Below the pieces are notes generated by a model. It ran no database searches, was not told the DNA's origin, and saw only the letters and a list, made by a program, of their open reading frames with translations. Positions 1 to 9,173 of a stretch of 48,432 bases of DNA are shown here, in pieces (within the stretch, counting starts at the first letter, position 1; each line of letters begins with the position of its first letter). The stretch is from a virus. The position numbers and the translations under genes were made by a program. The DNA is taken from IMG/VR virus record IMGVR_UViG_3300050195_000016, positions 1 to 48,432 of that record; one strand, 5' to 3'.

Positions 1-127
1 ACCATAATAGGTTTAGTGTTGTCATCCAGAATACACATGAAGATATTTGCTACTGAAGAAGACACTGAAGTAGTGCCATCAGAGAATGTACCTTTAGGCA
101 GGCGGTTAGAAGAGATAACTTCCCAGC
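1..127. repeat. Exact 127-bp duplicate of the window end (48306..48432); circular-assembly overlap
   Basis: Direct reading shows bases 1-127 are identical to 48306-48432. The repeat lies inside one continuous minus-strand reading frame, the capsid gene. Confidence 0.95.
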
Positions 128-794
128 CGTACAGGCTCATCATATACTTCATACCACGAGACATACCTGCCTCGATGAGACCAGTAGCGAACGGAGTTAC
201 GTCACTGGTAATCGTTACCAAGCCGTTCAGTGTAGCTTCAACCACTGGGTCACAAATAAAGACACGACCTTCTGCAGGTACGTTAGCTTTATCAAATGCC
301 AGCTTCATCTGAATCATATACTTCAGACCAAAGACGTTATTGACCAGAGTAGAAGACACGCGATGAGCGAAACCATTCACTGTATTAGCATTGGCGTTTG
401 TTTGAGAGCTATTACAAATAGCTAAGAAACGAGACTCGAACACTTCTTGGAATGCACGAGTAGACTCTACTGCGCGAGCAGACATTAATTGTTCTACTTG
501 ATTACCGTCTTCTCGCAGATCGTCAGTAACATACCAAGCATCCCCAACATAGTTGGAAATTGACAAGGTTACTGTACCAGACTCGATAGGTGAGTAAACT
601 AGTGGAGTATCTTCTGCAGCTTCCTGAATAGATACCGTGCCAATAGTTTTGATATTGAGGGTAGTGCCTTGACCGAAATCACTTACATCACGGTAAAACG
701 TACCCGGCAACAGGCCATCATGCAGATTCATCAAAATAAACTGGCTATACTGCTGAGCCTCAATGAATGCAGTGGTATTAGTTGTTAATTGCAT
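1..794 (-). CDS. Major capsid protein, 5' portion. The gene continues across the circular junction to the stop at 48161, for 939 nt / 312 aa in total.
   Basis: ATG at 794, preceded by TTTAAGGAAAAGTAA. The frame stays open to base 1 and is in phase with ORF 48161..48370 once the 127-bp overlap is removed. Hand translation begins MQLTTNTTAFIEAQQY and contains RVFICDP, comparable to RVFYCDP in T7 gp10. The gene sits directly after the scaffold gene. Confidence 0.8.
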   Translation of the reverse strand, partial: MQLTTNTTAFIEAQQYSQFILMNLHDGLLPGTFYRDVSDFGQGTTLNIKTIGTVSIQEAAEDTPLVYSPIESGTVTLSISNYVGDAWYVTDDLREDGNQVEQLMSARAVESTRAFQEVFESRFLAICNSSQTNANANTVNGFAHRVSSTLVNNVFGLKYMIQMKLAFDKANVPAEGRVFICDPVVEATLNGLVTITSDVTPFATGLIEAGMSRGMKYMMSLYGWEVISSNRLPKGTFSDGTTSVSSSVANIFMCILDDNTKPIM

Positions 795-804
795 TTACTT
801 TTCC

Positions 805-1557
805 TTAAACTTCCACGCCATTTTGTTTATATACATACTCCTTGACTCGTCGCATTGCTTCTGCTAAATCAGATTTAGTAGCGCCTGCTAAGAGGGATTT
901 ACCTTCCCAAGTTGGTGGCTGTGGAGCCCCATCTGGGAGTTTAGCTGTAAACGTGGAATTTACGCTAGGTGTAGATAAATTAGGAGCTTTAGTTTGTGAA
1001 ACACTAAACAAGGTAAGAGCAGCTTTAGGACTCTGCTGTGCCATTTGACCGATCTGTTCTGGTGTAAGTCCAAGCTCTTTAGCTTTCTCACGGATGACTT
1101 GTTGTGTTTTGTCACCGAACTTAGCTAATAGTTGTTCTTGCACATTCTGCAGATTAGACTCAGCCATAGTCTGTTGCTGTTTCTTTTCGATAGCGTTAGC
1201 TACCAGCTTCTCAATATCATCACTACCAATAGCGCTAGGAGTTGGTAAACTTTCAGTCTTTGGAGTGGAAATTTTAGAAATCACATCTTCTAGGGAGGCG
1301 CGTTGTTCCAGCTCTGCTTTAACACTAGCTGCTTCAGCTTCTACTGCTGCCTTCTCGGATAACAACTGTTGGATAAACTTCTGAGCATTATCCAAACCTT
1401 TGAGGGCCTCTGGGATAGATGAGTATTTCTGTTGTCCCTGATCATTCACAATACCTTTAAGCAGGTCTGCTAGATTGTCTTGCGATGCTGGGGGAGTGTT
1501 CTCCTGTGTTGCAGGAGTAGGTGTAACCTGTTCTGAGCTAAATAGCGGGTCAGCCAT
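805..1557 (-). CDS. Scaffolding protein (putative)
   Basis: 250 aa, rich in Q, E, K and A and predicted helical. It lies immediately upstream of the capsid gene with a 10-nt gap. Confidence 0.55.
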   Translation of the reverse strand: MADPLFSSEQVTPTPATQENTPPASQDNLADLLKGIVNDQGQQKYSSIPEALKGLDNAQKFIQQLLSEKAAVEAEAASVKAELEQRASLEDVISKISTPKTESLPTPSAIGSDDIEKLVANAIEKKQQQTMAESNLQNVQEQLLAKFGDKTQQVIREKAKELGLTPEQIGQMAQQSPKAALTLFSVSQTKAPNLSTPSVNSTFTAKLPDGAPQPPTWEGKSLLAGATKSDLAEAMRRVKEYVYKQNGVEV

Positions 1558-1580
1558 TAGTTTTTCCTATAATATGTATT

Positions 1581-1671
1581 TGGTACTAGTGGAAGGACTC
1601 GAACCTACATCAGCCGATTATCTGTCGTTACGAGGTATAAACTCGCTGCACTACCATTGTGCTACACTAGT
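1581..1671 (-). tRNA. tRNA with anticodon UAU (Ile, reads AUA) and an unusually long 21-nt variable region
   Basis: The reverse complement folds as acceptor ACTAGTG/CACTAGT plus A-CCA, D arm GCAC-AATGGTA-GTGC, anticodon arm GCGAG-TTTATAC-CTCGT, T arm GTAGG-TTCGAGT-CCTTC. The CCA end is encoded. Confidence 0.75.
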
Positions 1672-1699
1672 AGAATGCCCACCAGAAGGTGGGACTTAG

Positions 1700-2014
1700 T
1701 TAAGCAGTTGCTGTTTCAGAGAACATTGATTCGAACTGCTCTTTGATAACTGCCAAATAATTTACTAAAGAGGTTACTTGAGCTTTTAGTTCTGTCCAGA
1801 CCAAACCAAGCTGTGTAGCCATTGCCTGAGCTGCTGCTAGAATAGCATTCAACACTGATTCATCATCAGCACGAGCTGCTGTATAGGCTGTCTGTGTAGC
1901 TGAGTAGATAGTAGCTACATATTTGTAGATAGTCGCAACACCAGATGCTACTGCAGACACTTCACCAATGATTGTTGCAGCTTCTGTCAAGTATTCTGTT
2001 ACTGAGGTAGACAT
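1700..2014 (-). CDS. Hypothetical protein (104 aa, Ala/Thr-rich, helical)
   Basis: ORF in the late-strand series. No motif recognised. Confidence 0.5.
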   Translation of the reverse strand: MSTSVTEYLTEAATIIGEVSAVASGVATIYKYVATIYSATQTAYTAARADDESVLNAILAAAQAMATQLGLVWTELKAQVTSLVNYLAVIKEQFESMFSETATA

Positions 2015-2023
2015 TGTAATTCC

Positions 2024-2353
2024 TTATCGAATTTGTTTAGCATCACGTAGTTTCTGCAAACAATCTGCAGTGTTCTTACGTAATCCTTGTAAAAGCATGT
2101 CATGTGTTAATGCACCAACTTCCCAACCCTGACGCTTAGCTAGATGCTGCTTAAGTACTTCAATCTTCTCTTTATCTGTTACAGCAGCTTTGTACTCTGC
2201 TACAGGAAGATCTGGGGGGTATGGTAAAGCTGCTACTTTGTCACTTTCGTGACACATCACTGTTGGCACGATCGACGTATCTTTTAAGGATGTCGTTGTT
2301 AGACTGCAACCCGTCAAGAGAATCATCAGTGCTGCTAATAGTGTTTTGTTCAA
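2024..2353 (-). CDS. Outer-membrane spanin (Rz1-like lipoprotein)
   Basis: Signal peptide with lipobox LLTGC at the N-terminus. Its 5' part overlaps the 3' end of the i-spanin ORF in another frame. Confidence 0.7.
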   Translation of the reverse strand: MNKTLLAALMILLTGCSLTTTSLKDTSIVPTVMCHESDKVAALPYPPDLPVAEYKAAVTDKEKIEVLKQHLAKRQGWEVGALTHDMLLQGLRKNTADCLQKLRDAKQIR

Positions 2354-2543
2354 TTTGTTTAATATCCTTCTGGCTTTGTGCTAAGATGTCTGAAGAAGTC
2401 TGCTCTACTTGCTTGTTAGTCGAGTTGATTATCTCTACATCTTTATCTGCTACATCGTTGGCTAAACGTATATCTGTTACTTTCTTTGTGAAGAAACCAA
2501 CTAAGCTTAACACTAAAGAGAATGCAGTAGTAATCCAACTCAT
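2241..2543 (-). CDS. Inner-membrane spanin (Rz-like)
   Basis: N-terminal transmembrane helix (ITTAFSLVLSLVGFF) followed by a charged coiled-coil region. It overlaps the o-spanin and lies downstream of the endolysin and holin. Confidence 0.7.
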   Translation of the reverse strand: MSWITTAFSLVLSLVGFFTKKVTDIRLANDVADKDVEIINSTNKQVEQTSSDILAQSQKDIKQIEQNTISSTDDSLDGLQSNNDILKRYVDRANSDVSRK

Positions 2544-2743
2544 TGCTTGTCTTCCTGCTTAGGATGCTTATCAGGAATTAATGCAATAACAACACCAATA
2601 ACTGAAGTACCTAATAATGCAATTGCTGATTGTGCATCTGGGCTAAGGTTAAGTCCTAATGCTCCAACAACAAAAGTAATAATACCTGCCCAAGTAGAGC
2701 GTTCTTCTAACCTCTCAAGGATATACTGAGTTAATGCTCCCAT
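2540..2743 (-). CDS. Holin (putative, two transmembrane segments)
   Basis: 67 aa with two hydrophobic helices and a charged C-terminus (KHPKQEDKQ). The start abuts the endolysin stop, and its stop overlaps the spanin start in ATGA. Confidence 0.6.
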   Translation of the reverse strand: MGALTQYILERLEERSTWAGIITFVVGALGLNLSPDAQSAIALLGTSVIGVVIALIPDKHPKQEDKQ

Positions 2744-3211
2744 TTAATCTTCCTCTAGCTGACCACCGTAAGAGACGTATTGTTTAATTAAGGTGTCTAA
2801 TTTATGTTCTCGTTGGTTGTAACCAGCTCCGGGTAAAGATGCCCACCTAGAACTACATTTGCTAATAGCTGTAGAGACCTGACCTTTAATAATGTAATTA
2901 TATGCTCCGGTTTCTCTAAGCTGGTTCACAGCATATAGATCTTGTGAAAGAGGACTAAAGTCTTTTAAACTAAGTTTGTCTTTGTATGCATTCCAGAATC
3001 TAAACAAGATCTGGTATCTTCCTGCTGCAGTAGAACTTCCTATAGACTTACTTATGAATATACTCTTATTTGGATGTTTTGAATAGTCACTAAAAGTGGA
3101 GTATCCAACAATAATATTATATCCATCATCCCCTTTATCTTTGGTTCCTTCTGAGAAGGCAATCATATCTAAGAATGCTTTTATATTCTTATTTTCGTTT
3201 ATTACAGACAT
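2744..3211 (-). CDS. Endolysin, lambda R-like lytic transglycosylase
   Basis: FLDMIAFSEGT, GYNIIVG, AAGRYQ and WASLPGAGYNQREHK align closely with lambda R (FLDMLAWSEGT, GYDVIVGG, GAGRYQ, WASLPGAGYGQFEHK). Confidence 0.9.
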   Translation of the reverse strand: MSVINENKNIKAFLDMIAFSEGTKDKGDDGYNIIVGYSTFSDYSKHPNKSIFISKSIGSSTAAGRYQILFRFWNAYKDKLSLKDFSPLSQDLYAVNQLRETGAYNYIIKGQVSTAISKCSSRWASLPGAGYNQREHKLDTLIKQYVSYGGQLEED

Positions 3212-3233
3212 AACTTATTAATGCCTTCGGCGA

Positions 3234-3351
3234 TTATATATTATAATATAATAATATAAATAATAATTATAATAGATATATATATATATAATTAATAATA
3301 TATATTATATAATATATTATATATGAGTGGAAAAACGACGTTTTTGTGACA
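3234..3351 (+). repeat. TA-rich low-complexity tract (~90 bp) plus conserved 32-bp box, copy 1
   Basis: The tract is almost pure A/T across 3234-3324. The box at 3320-3351, TATATGAGTGGAAAAACGACGTTTTTGTGACA, matches 11908-11939 in the same orientation and contains the palindrome AAAAC-N3-GTTTT. Confidence 0.85.
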
Positions 3352-3352
3352 T

Positions 3353-3592
3353 TTATTTTAATAAATTTACAATATCTTTCATTGCACGTTCATAACCTAT
3401 CAAATCTGCTTGCTTTAAAGCCCAGTTAGGTTCATCATAGTTAGTAAGGGTTAAGCTCTTATTTCTTTGAGCATTAGTTAAGTTTATGCATAACTTAGAT
3501 AGGCGCTCCCGAAGGAGCACCGATGCATTGAATTGAGCAGTTAAGTCTTTCTTCTTATCTGCATCAAGGCCAGTTAACCAGTTTGTTTTCAT
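3353..3592 (-). CDS. Hypothetical protein (79 aa)
   Basis: ORF whose start overlaps the portal stop in ATGA. No motif recognised. Confidence 0.5.
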   Translation of the reverse strand: MKTNWLTGLDADKKKDLTAQFNASVLLRERLSKLCINLTNAQRNKSLTLTNYDEPNWALKQADLIGYERAMKDIVNLLK

Positions 3593-5367
3593 TGAGGCAT
3601 TTGTCCTTGTGTTTGTGCAGCTCCGGGAACCGGAACACTCTGCTCAACCCCTAAGTCTTCCTGTGCTTGGTTAGCTAATCGTTGTGTCTGCTTCTGTTCC
3701 TCAATAGCTACATTAGGTTGGAACAAGCTATAACGACCTAGATTTAATGTATCCTCAATAAGCTTAGCAAGCTGCAGAGAAGAGATATGCGGGCTTAACA
3801 TTTGCATTAAGTTAGAATTACCTAGTTGCTGTAGATTCTGCATTAACTGACTTTGAGCTGCATAGTGTCTAGCGCCAATAGGACGTAGTTTACCTGATGC
3901 AGTGATGTCATCACTAGTAACTGTAATAAATGACTGGATACCTAGATCATTATTAATTGTTTTAACAACATCAGCAGTATCTAGATTACGTCGTGCAACC
4001 TCCAACATATTGTTCAGGAGCTCTTCTAGCATGTGGGTAGAGAAATGGTTAATCTTCTCTTGGAAAATGCGTCCTGATGCGTTTGAGAGCTGTTGTACCT
4101 CAAATGCAGTCTTCTCCCCAGCTGTACGAACCCCCATAGCTTCTCGTGGAGCACCAGCAAATAACTCCATCTGGTCTTGTAAGCTTTGAATTTCATTGTT
4201 AGCAGCAACAATACCATTAAGGTTTTTACCTAGCTCAGTTACCCCACCATCTGAGTCTACGTGTATCTCTGTTCCGGGACCCCACTCAAAAGGCTCTACA
4301 ATGCCCTGTATTACAAGTGGAGGATGAACTGATAGATCCATAGCGTCTGCCTTGAGGTTTTCAAGGTGATCGATTCTATACTGCATACCGACTAGGTTGT
4401 CCAATGGACCCATTGCCCATAAGTTGTCTGGGCGGAGTCTCCATCCAACATGACAGATAGGGGCTTTACCAAACCAAGATGGGATATCCTCAATACGGGC
4501 TACATATGCCCTATCAAACACTGTAATTACTTTGTTACGCTCTAACTTACCAGTGTTCTTATCATAATAGTCCCCATAGAATTCTAAGATCTCTACGTAG
4601 TCTGACTGGTAGTACTCCCGAAGGCTCCCAAAACCGTCTACATCGTACGCTACGGACTTCTGGAAGTCATCCTTAGTGTATGCACCACATAAACGAGCAA
4701 GCTTGTCACGTCGATCTAGGTAGTCTGCATAAACTGTATACTCTGGGTAGTCCTGTGCCATCTTAGCAATTTCACCAAGAGTTTTAATAGAACGAACAAT
4801 CTTAAATGTTTCATCAAAAGACGTGGCTAATGGATCAAAGAGAATGTCCAGAGGAGAAATGCGATAACACACAGGGCCAACATATACTGGTGTTTTATTT
4901 CCATTCTTATCCACCTTGTAGTCTGCTTTAAAATCAACCATAGCGAATGCATTGCCATAGTCAATATAATCTAGTAGTAACTTACTAACCTCTGTCTTAA
5001 AGTTGCTTATATTCGTTTTTGTGCGCATATAAGCCTCTATAGCATCTGCCTTCTCTTTGATAGAGTCGTCCAGAGAGTACCCTTCCCATTTCAACCACTC
5101 ATCTGTTGGGAACAATGCAGACAAGTAGTTAGAGTGCAGGTTATCACGTAGTTGACATAGCTTAGGTAGTGTAGTGGAGTTCTTCCAAGGAAGATCGTTA
5201 TTACTTGTAGTAGTGGTGTCTGTAGCAAAGATATAATTACGTAGTTCTTGCCATTCCTCTACTTTACTAGATCGTTGATCATTCCAACTGTCCCATAGAT
5301 TACAGATCCATGCAGAAGTGTTATCTTGGGAAAATGCATTTGTTAATTCTGCTACTTTAGTAGACAT
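3589..5367 (-). CDS. Portal protein
   Basis: 592 aa, immediately downstream of the large terminase with a 1-nt overlap. Size and position are typical of a podovirus portal. No diagnostic motif was read. Confidence 0.7.
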   Translation of the reverse strand: MSTKVAELTNAFSQDNTSAWICNLWDSWNDQRSSKVEEWQELRNYIFATDTTTTSNNDLPWKNSTTLPKLCQLRDNLHSNYLSALFPTDEWLKWEGYSLDDSIKEKADAIEAYMRTKTNISNFKTEVSKLLLDYIDYGNAFAMVDFKADYKVDKNGNKTPVYVGPVCYRISPLDILFDPLATSFDETFKIVRSIKTLGEIAKMAQDYPEYTVYADYLDRRDKLARLCGAYTKDDFQKSVAYDVDGFGSLREYYQSDYVEILEFYGDYYDKNTGKLERNKVITVFDRAYVARIEDIPSWFGKAPICHVGWRLRPDNLWAMGPLDNLVGMQYRIDHLENLKADAMDLSVHPPLVIQGIVEPFEWGPGTEIHVDSDGGVTELGKNLNGIVAANNEIQSLQDQMELFAGAPREAMGVRTAGEKTAFEVQQLSNASGRIFQEKINHFSTHMLEELLNNMLEVARRNLDTADVVKTINNDLGIQSFITVTSDDITASGKLRPIGARHYAAQSQLMQNLQQLGNSNLMQMLSPHISSLQLAKLIEDTLNLGRYSLFQPNVAIEEQKQTQRLANQAQEDLGVEQSVPVPGAAQTQGQMPQ

Positions 5368-6956
5368 TATCTATCCTTTCCAAAACTTACCCCACCAAAC
5401 CTACCAACCTTTACTCGGTTCTTGGAGAAGCCCTCGTTAAATGAATTGTGCTTAGGTTTAATAGCTATTTCTATTACTGAGGCTAACGCATCCTTTAAGT
5501 CATCGTGCTTAGGACGTGCTTGCACAAGTTCTTCCTCTAAGATAGGTGTGTACCCACCTGTGCTGTGCCAAATCTTCAGGTCGTCATACCTAGGCTCTAA
5601 CACAGCTGCAATACGTTCTTCCTTAGTCCCTTCCGCCTTGGTAGGCCTATACTCATCAATAGAGATTGGCAGGCCCTCCTTCTTGAAGGAATCTTTGATG
5701 TCATTAACAATAATCTTCTGGGCTACAGTTACTTCTGCACGAAGCTTTCTAAGTCCCCATCGCATATGTACGTCTTTAACATGCTTAAAGTACTCTGAAA
5801 TCTTATCTGTCTTAAACCTATCTATATCCAGTACGTATACATTACCATCTGCATCAATTCCTACAACAACAATAGCTGTAAAGTCTGCTGCCTTAGATAA
5901 GGAGAACGCAAAGTCGATTGATGCATAAACATTAAGACGTTTACCATGCATTGTCCAGTTACTGCCATCAAACTTTAAGAACTTACTATCGTAGTATTGA
6001 AACTTATCACTGTTAATGCGTTGTGAAGACGGGTCATTAGGGTCATTGTAATATTGTGCAAAGAACTGTGTTATATCAATGTAAGAGGCTTTGATACGAG
6101 CTAAGATAGTTCTATTAAAACCAAATGCATTACCATCTGTACGCATTACTCTAGGCCACAAGAATACACCATTACTCTCTACTGGATGTTCTTTAATATC
6201 CCAGAGCAGTTCATCAGATAACTCATCCCCAGTGTCTTCGTCATAGATTATAGCATGTTGTTCTTTCCATGTAGCATATACATCAGATGGATGATAACGT
6301 GTACCGCATGCCTTAATAATGCCACCAGCGTTAAGTACTGAGGTAAGCTGACTAGAGGCTGCAGCTACTGCTGTACGTCCAATATCTGTGTATGCATTGT
6401 CAGGAACTACCAAGTCATCATACACAAGTACATTAGCATGCCAACCAGTTGTATTAGTAGTAATCCCTGCTGTTGCTATAGTGGAGTCACGTACACCTTC
6501 TTTACGTCTCTTGGGATGATCTACGTTTATCTTAGTAGCAGACCACTTAGAACGTCTACCTTCTTCTGGGTTAAGCATATCAGGAAAGTACAGCTGGTAT
6601 TTATCAGATAGCATCATGTTCTTAATACTATCCAACTGACGCTCTGCCAATTCTGCTGTAGCTGAGACATACACTATAGACGTATCTGGATGCTTAGTGA
6701 GCCACCAGCAACACCACACAGCAATACAGTGACTCTTTAAGTGTGCTCGTGGAAGCATTAGAAATTGATTCTTATCGTTGTTGGACTGCAGCCAACGAAA
6801 CACATCCTTGTGCGCTTCTCCATACATATAGTTTGGGTTCATTAGACATGCAAAATAGTAAAGATCATTTAATGCATTTTCACGAACAGCTTTAGCTTCC
6901 ACAGGCATAGCTTCGATACGTTGTAAAGCTTTCTTGTACCAAAGTTCATCTGCCAT
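5367..6956 (-). CDS. terL: Terminase large subunit
   Basis: 529 aa. It has an ATPase-like LMLPRAHLKSH segment, a Walker B-like VLVYDDLV, and C-terminal nuclease-like acidic motifs (IDFAFS, VVGID). It lies between the small terminase candidate and the portal. Confidence 0.8.
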   Translation of the reverse strand: MADELWYKKALQRIEAMPVEAKAVRENALNDLYYFACLMNPNYMYGEAHKDVFRWLQSNNDKNQFLMLPRAHLKSHCIAVWCCWWLTKHPDTSIVYVSATAELAERQLDSIKNMMLSDKYQLYFPDMLNPEEGRRSKWSATKINVDHPKRRKEGVRDSTIATAGITTNTTGWHANVLVYDDLVVPDNAYTDIGRTAVAAASSQLTSVLNAGGIIKACGTRYHPSDVYATWKEQHAIIYDEDTGDELSDELLWDIKEHPVESNGVFLWPRVMRTDGNAFGFNRTILARIKASYIDITQFFAQYYNDPNDPSSQRINSDKFQYYDSKFLKFDGSNWTMHGKRLNVYASIDFAFSLSKAADFTAIVVVGIDADGNVYVLDIDRFKTDKISEYFKHVKDVHMRWGLRKLRAEVTVAQKIIVNDIKDSFKKEGLPISIDEYRPTKAEGTKEERIAAVLEPRYDDLKIWHSTGGYTPILEEELVQARPKHDDLKDALASVIEIAIKPKHNSFNEGFSKNRVKVGRFGGVSFGKDR

Positions 6957-7447
6957 TAACTAATCTCCTTTAACCTTACTACATCTGCTTTGTATTGATC
7001 ATGTAACTCATCCTGTATCTTTGTATGCATATCCTTCTCATCCTTACTAGGACGACCGGGGTCACGCTTATCATACCCCTTATCTGCAAGCCATTTAGAT
7101 GCCTGAAAGCTACCACCTTCTGCTAAGAATACCATCTGTTTTACTGCCCTAGCTCTGAGCTTCAACTCAAGTTCTTCTCTCCAATTTACTATATACTTTG
7201 CTAGAGTCTTATTCTCACAGATACGCATCCAATGCTGCCAACCCAAGAAATACTCATTAGCAAACTCATATTCTGTTGTGTCTTCCATCTCAAGATACAT
7301 ACGCTTAATAGAGGGGAATTTCTTCCCCTTATATAAGTGATCAGCGTCTTTTAATGTGTACACTGCGCAGTCATTATACCCTATCTCTAAGAACAGTGAC
7401 TGTGTTAGTGGCCTACCACTAGTGTCTAATAAAAGAGACTTATCCAT
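6956..7447 (-). CDS. Terminase small subunit (putative)
   Basis: 163 aa, directly upstream of terL and overlapping it by 1 nt. The assignment rests on position only. Confidence 0.45.
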   Translation of the reverse strand: MDKSLLLDTSGRPLTQSLFLEIGYNDCAVYTLKDADHLYKGKKFPSIKRMYLEMEDTTEYEFANEYFLGWQHWMRICENKTLAKYIVNWREELELKLRARAVKQMVFLAEGGSFQASKWLADKGYDKRDPGRPSKDEKDMHTKIQDELHDQYKADVVRLKEIS

Positions 7448-7451
7448 AATG

Positions 7452-9173
7452 TTAATCCAAAGAAGACCAGTACCAAGAAGGGGTTGCTGAATAAGTAATT
7501 GCTATAGTGTCATTTGGTCGTAAGATAACTGAACCAGATGTCATACCCATTCCATACCCATTTCGTGAGACTGCTGAAACAGTACCACCCCAAATATTAA
7601 CTAAGCAGATTCGCCCAGTTGTATTTGTATAAGTAACTCCAGTAGCAGGTAGTGTAGGGATTGCAGTGATGTCCCATTGCACCCCTTGGATACGAATACC
7701 CAACCCATTGGAGGTGTCAATCACATTAGTTGTAGAGGAGATATTTGGATTTATCAAGTGGATGCGGTTTCTATCTGCTCCAACAGGTGCCTGCAGTAAG
7801 TAGTTCTGCCATAAAGAGAACTGACCACCAATAAAAGTATTTCTACCTGCGTTAGCAGATCCATTATAAATACCAATATTAATATTCTCAACATCTACTG
7901 CAGAGAACACATTACCATAGGTATACCCCAAGAAACGTATTCCGTATGATGCATTACCATAAGATCCAGATGCAAAGTTACAAAACTCTACTTGGTTACA
8001 GGTTAACCCATATCCATAGTTTGTCCCAGACCCATTAGCATAACAGTTACCACGTACACCGATGAAGTTAGAATTAACTACATAGTTTAACACAATAGCT
8101 TGACTAGACCCAGCTGTAGCGTAACTATTAGCCACTGCAATGTCACTGAATCGTGCTACATTTAACGGGTCTGCTAGTCCAGAAGAGCCAATCATTAATG
8201 TAGTACCATTGTGTGTAGATTTTATACTCATACCTTCCATAGTAAGATCATACCAGTCTGCCCCATTAGAAGAGGTTAATGTAAGCTCTGTTTCCCCTGA
8301 GGCTGCATTAGGGAATGCAATAATAGTCTTACCAACACCTTTACCAACAATCTTACCAGCTTCTGTAGGAAACTTCCAAGTCTGTGGAGCAGAGAAGTTG
8401 AACGTACCAGATCCAAACTCTAAGCCATTCCCATATGTGTTAGCTGCATCAAATGCATTAGTAAATGCAGTGTCCCAGTATGTTTGTCCTGTTACCCTAA
8501 ACTCTTCTATGTTAAATGCTCTCTTAGAAGCTATCTCCTTAAAATTACGAATAGGAGTTGCTGCTCTCATTGCTGCAAAGTAATTTACATTATCTGCTAC
8601 AACAGCTGCTGTAGTACCTGCAATGCTAACAGTAGAGCTAGTTGATGCTAAACTAGAAGAGAGAACAGAACTATCTCTAAGTAATGTACCTGTAGCATCA
8701 ACCCAAGTTGTAGAACTAATGCCATCTGTTGTTAATGAATCTGTTGTTACAGTCTTAGGTAATGCTCCTGCCCAAGTATAATATACACCTGTAGTAGGAG
8801 ACCATACAACCTGTGTAGCTAATGTAACTGTACACCCTATATCAAACCTACCTGCCACAGTGTACCCAGCTTCTTCTGCTAACCTAATAGCATATTCATA
8901 TAAGCTGTTTAATGTCTGAGCATCTGTAATAGATGTCTGTGCAGAGAGTAGATCTATCTTACGAACAGGTTCTGTATCAGAAGTAGGCTCTGGAAGGTTA
9001 AGAATACGAAGACCATTCATATCTTGGTCATTCAGCATTTCATTATCTTCTTGTGCTGTATTATTACGATACAATATCTTATTATTTAATTCATCTTCTA
9101 TGGCTTTAAAGTTTGTATTGATAACAGATAAGTTATAACCAGAGGTGACATCTGTTAAAGTGATTTTACTCAT
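7452..9173 (-). CDS. Tailspike / tail fiber with a probable right-handed beta-helix (depolymerase-like) domain
   Basis: 573 aa. The N-terminus (NTNFKAIEDELNNKILYRNN...NEMLNDQDMNGLRILNLPEP) resembles conserved tailspike and appendage N-termini. The rest is rich in Gly, Asn, Ser and Thr with repetitive beta character. Confidence 0.65.
   Translation of the reverse strand: MSKITLTDVTSGYNLSVINTNFKAIEDELNNKILYRNNTAQEDNEMLNDQDMNGLRILNLPEPTSDTEPVRKIDLLSAQTSITDAQTLNSLYEYAIRLAEEAGYTVAGRFDIGCTVTLATQVVWSPTTGVYYTWAGALPKTVTTDSLTTDGISSTTWVDATGTLLRDSSVLSSSLASTSSTVSIAGTTAAVVADNVNYFAAMRAATPIRNFKEIASKRAFNIEEFRVTGQTYWDTAFTNAFDAANTYGNGLEFGSGTFNFSAPQTWKFPTEAGKIVGKGVGKTIIAFPNAASGETELTLTSSNGADWYDLTMEGMSIKSTHNGTTLMIGSSGLADPLNVARFSDIAVANSYATAGSSQAIVLNYVVNSNFIGVRGNCYANGSGTNYGYGLTCNQVEFCNFASGSYGNASYGIRFLGYTYGNVFSAVDVENINIGIYNGSANAGRNTFIGGQFSLWQNYLLQAPVGADRNRIHLINPNISSTTNVIDTSNGLGIRIQGVQWDITAIPTLPATGVTYTNTTGRICLVNIWGGTVSAVSRNGYGMGMTSGSVILRPNDTIAITYSATPSWYWSSLD

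Noticed and set aside
1-127. The 127-bp terminal repeat as a genuine phage direct terminal repeat
   Set aside because: It lies in the middle of the major capsid reading frame, and the frame is continuous across the junction. An assembly overlap explains this better.
3234-3324. The TA-rich tracts (also 11819-11907) as a CRISPR array or tandem satellite
   Set aside because: No regular repeat-spacer periodicity is visible. The sequence is irregular (TA)n-like low complexity.
842-8583. Plus-strand ORFs inside minus-strand late genes, for example 842..1048, 1094..1384, 3902..4189, 5422..5928 and 8140..8583
   Set aside because: These are antisense shadows of long, well-supported genes. They lack RBSs and have low-complexity or Cys/Ser-rich compositions. 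The same reasoning applies to the minus-strand ORFs embedded in plus-strand genes between 10599 and 33275.
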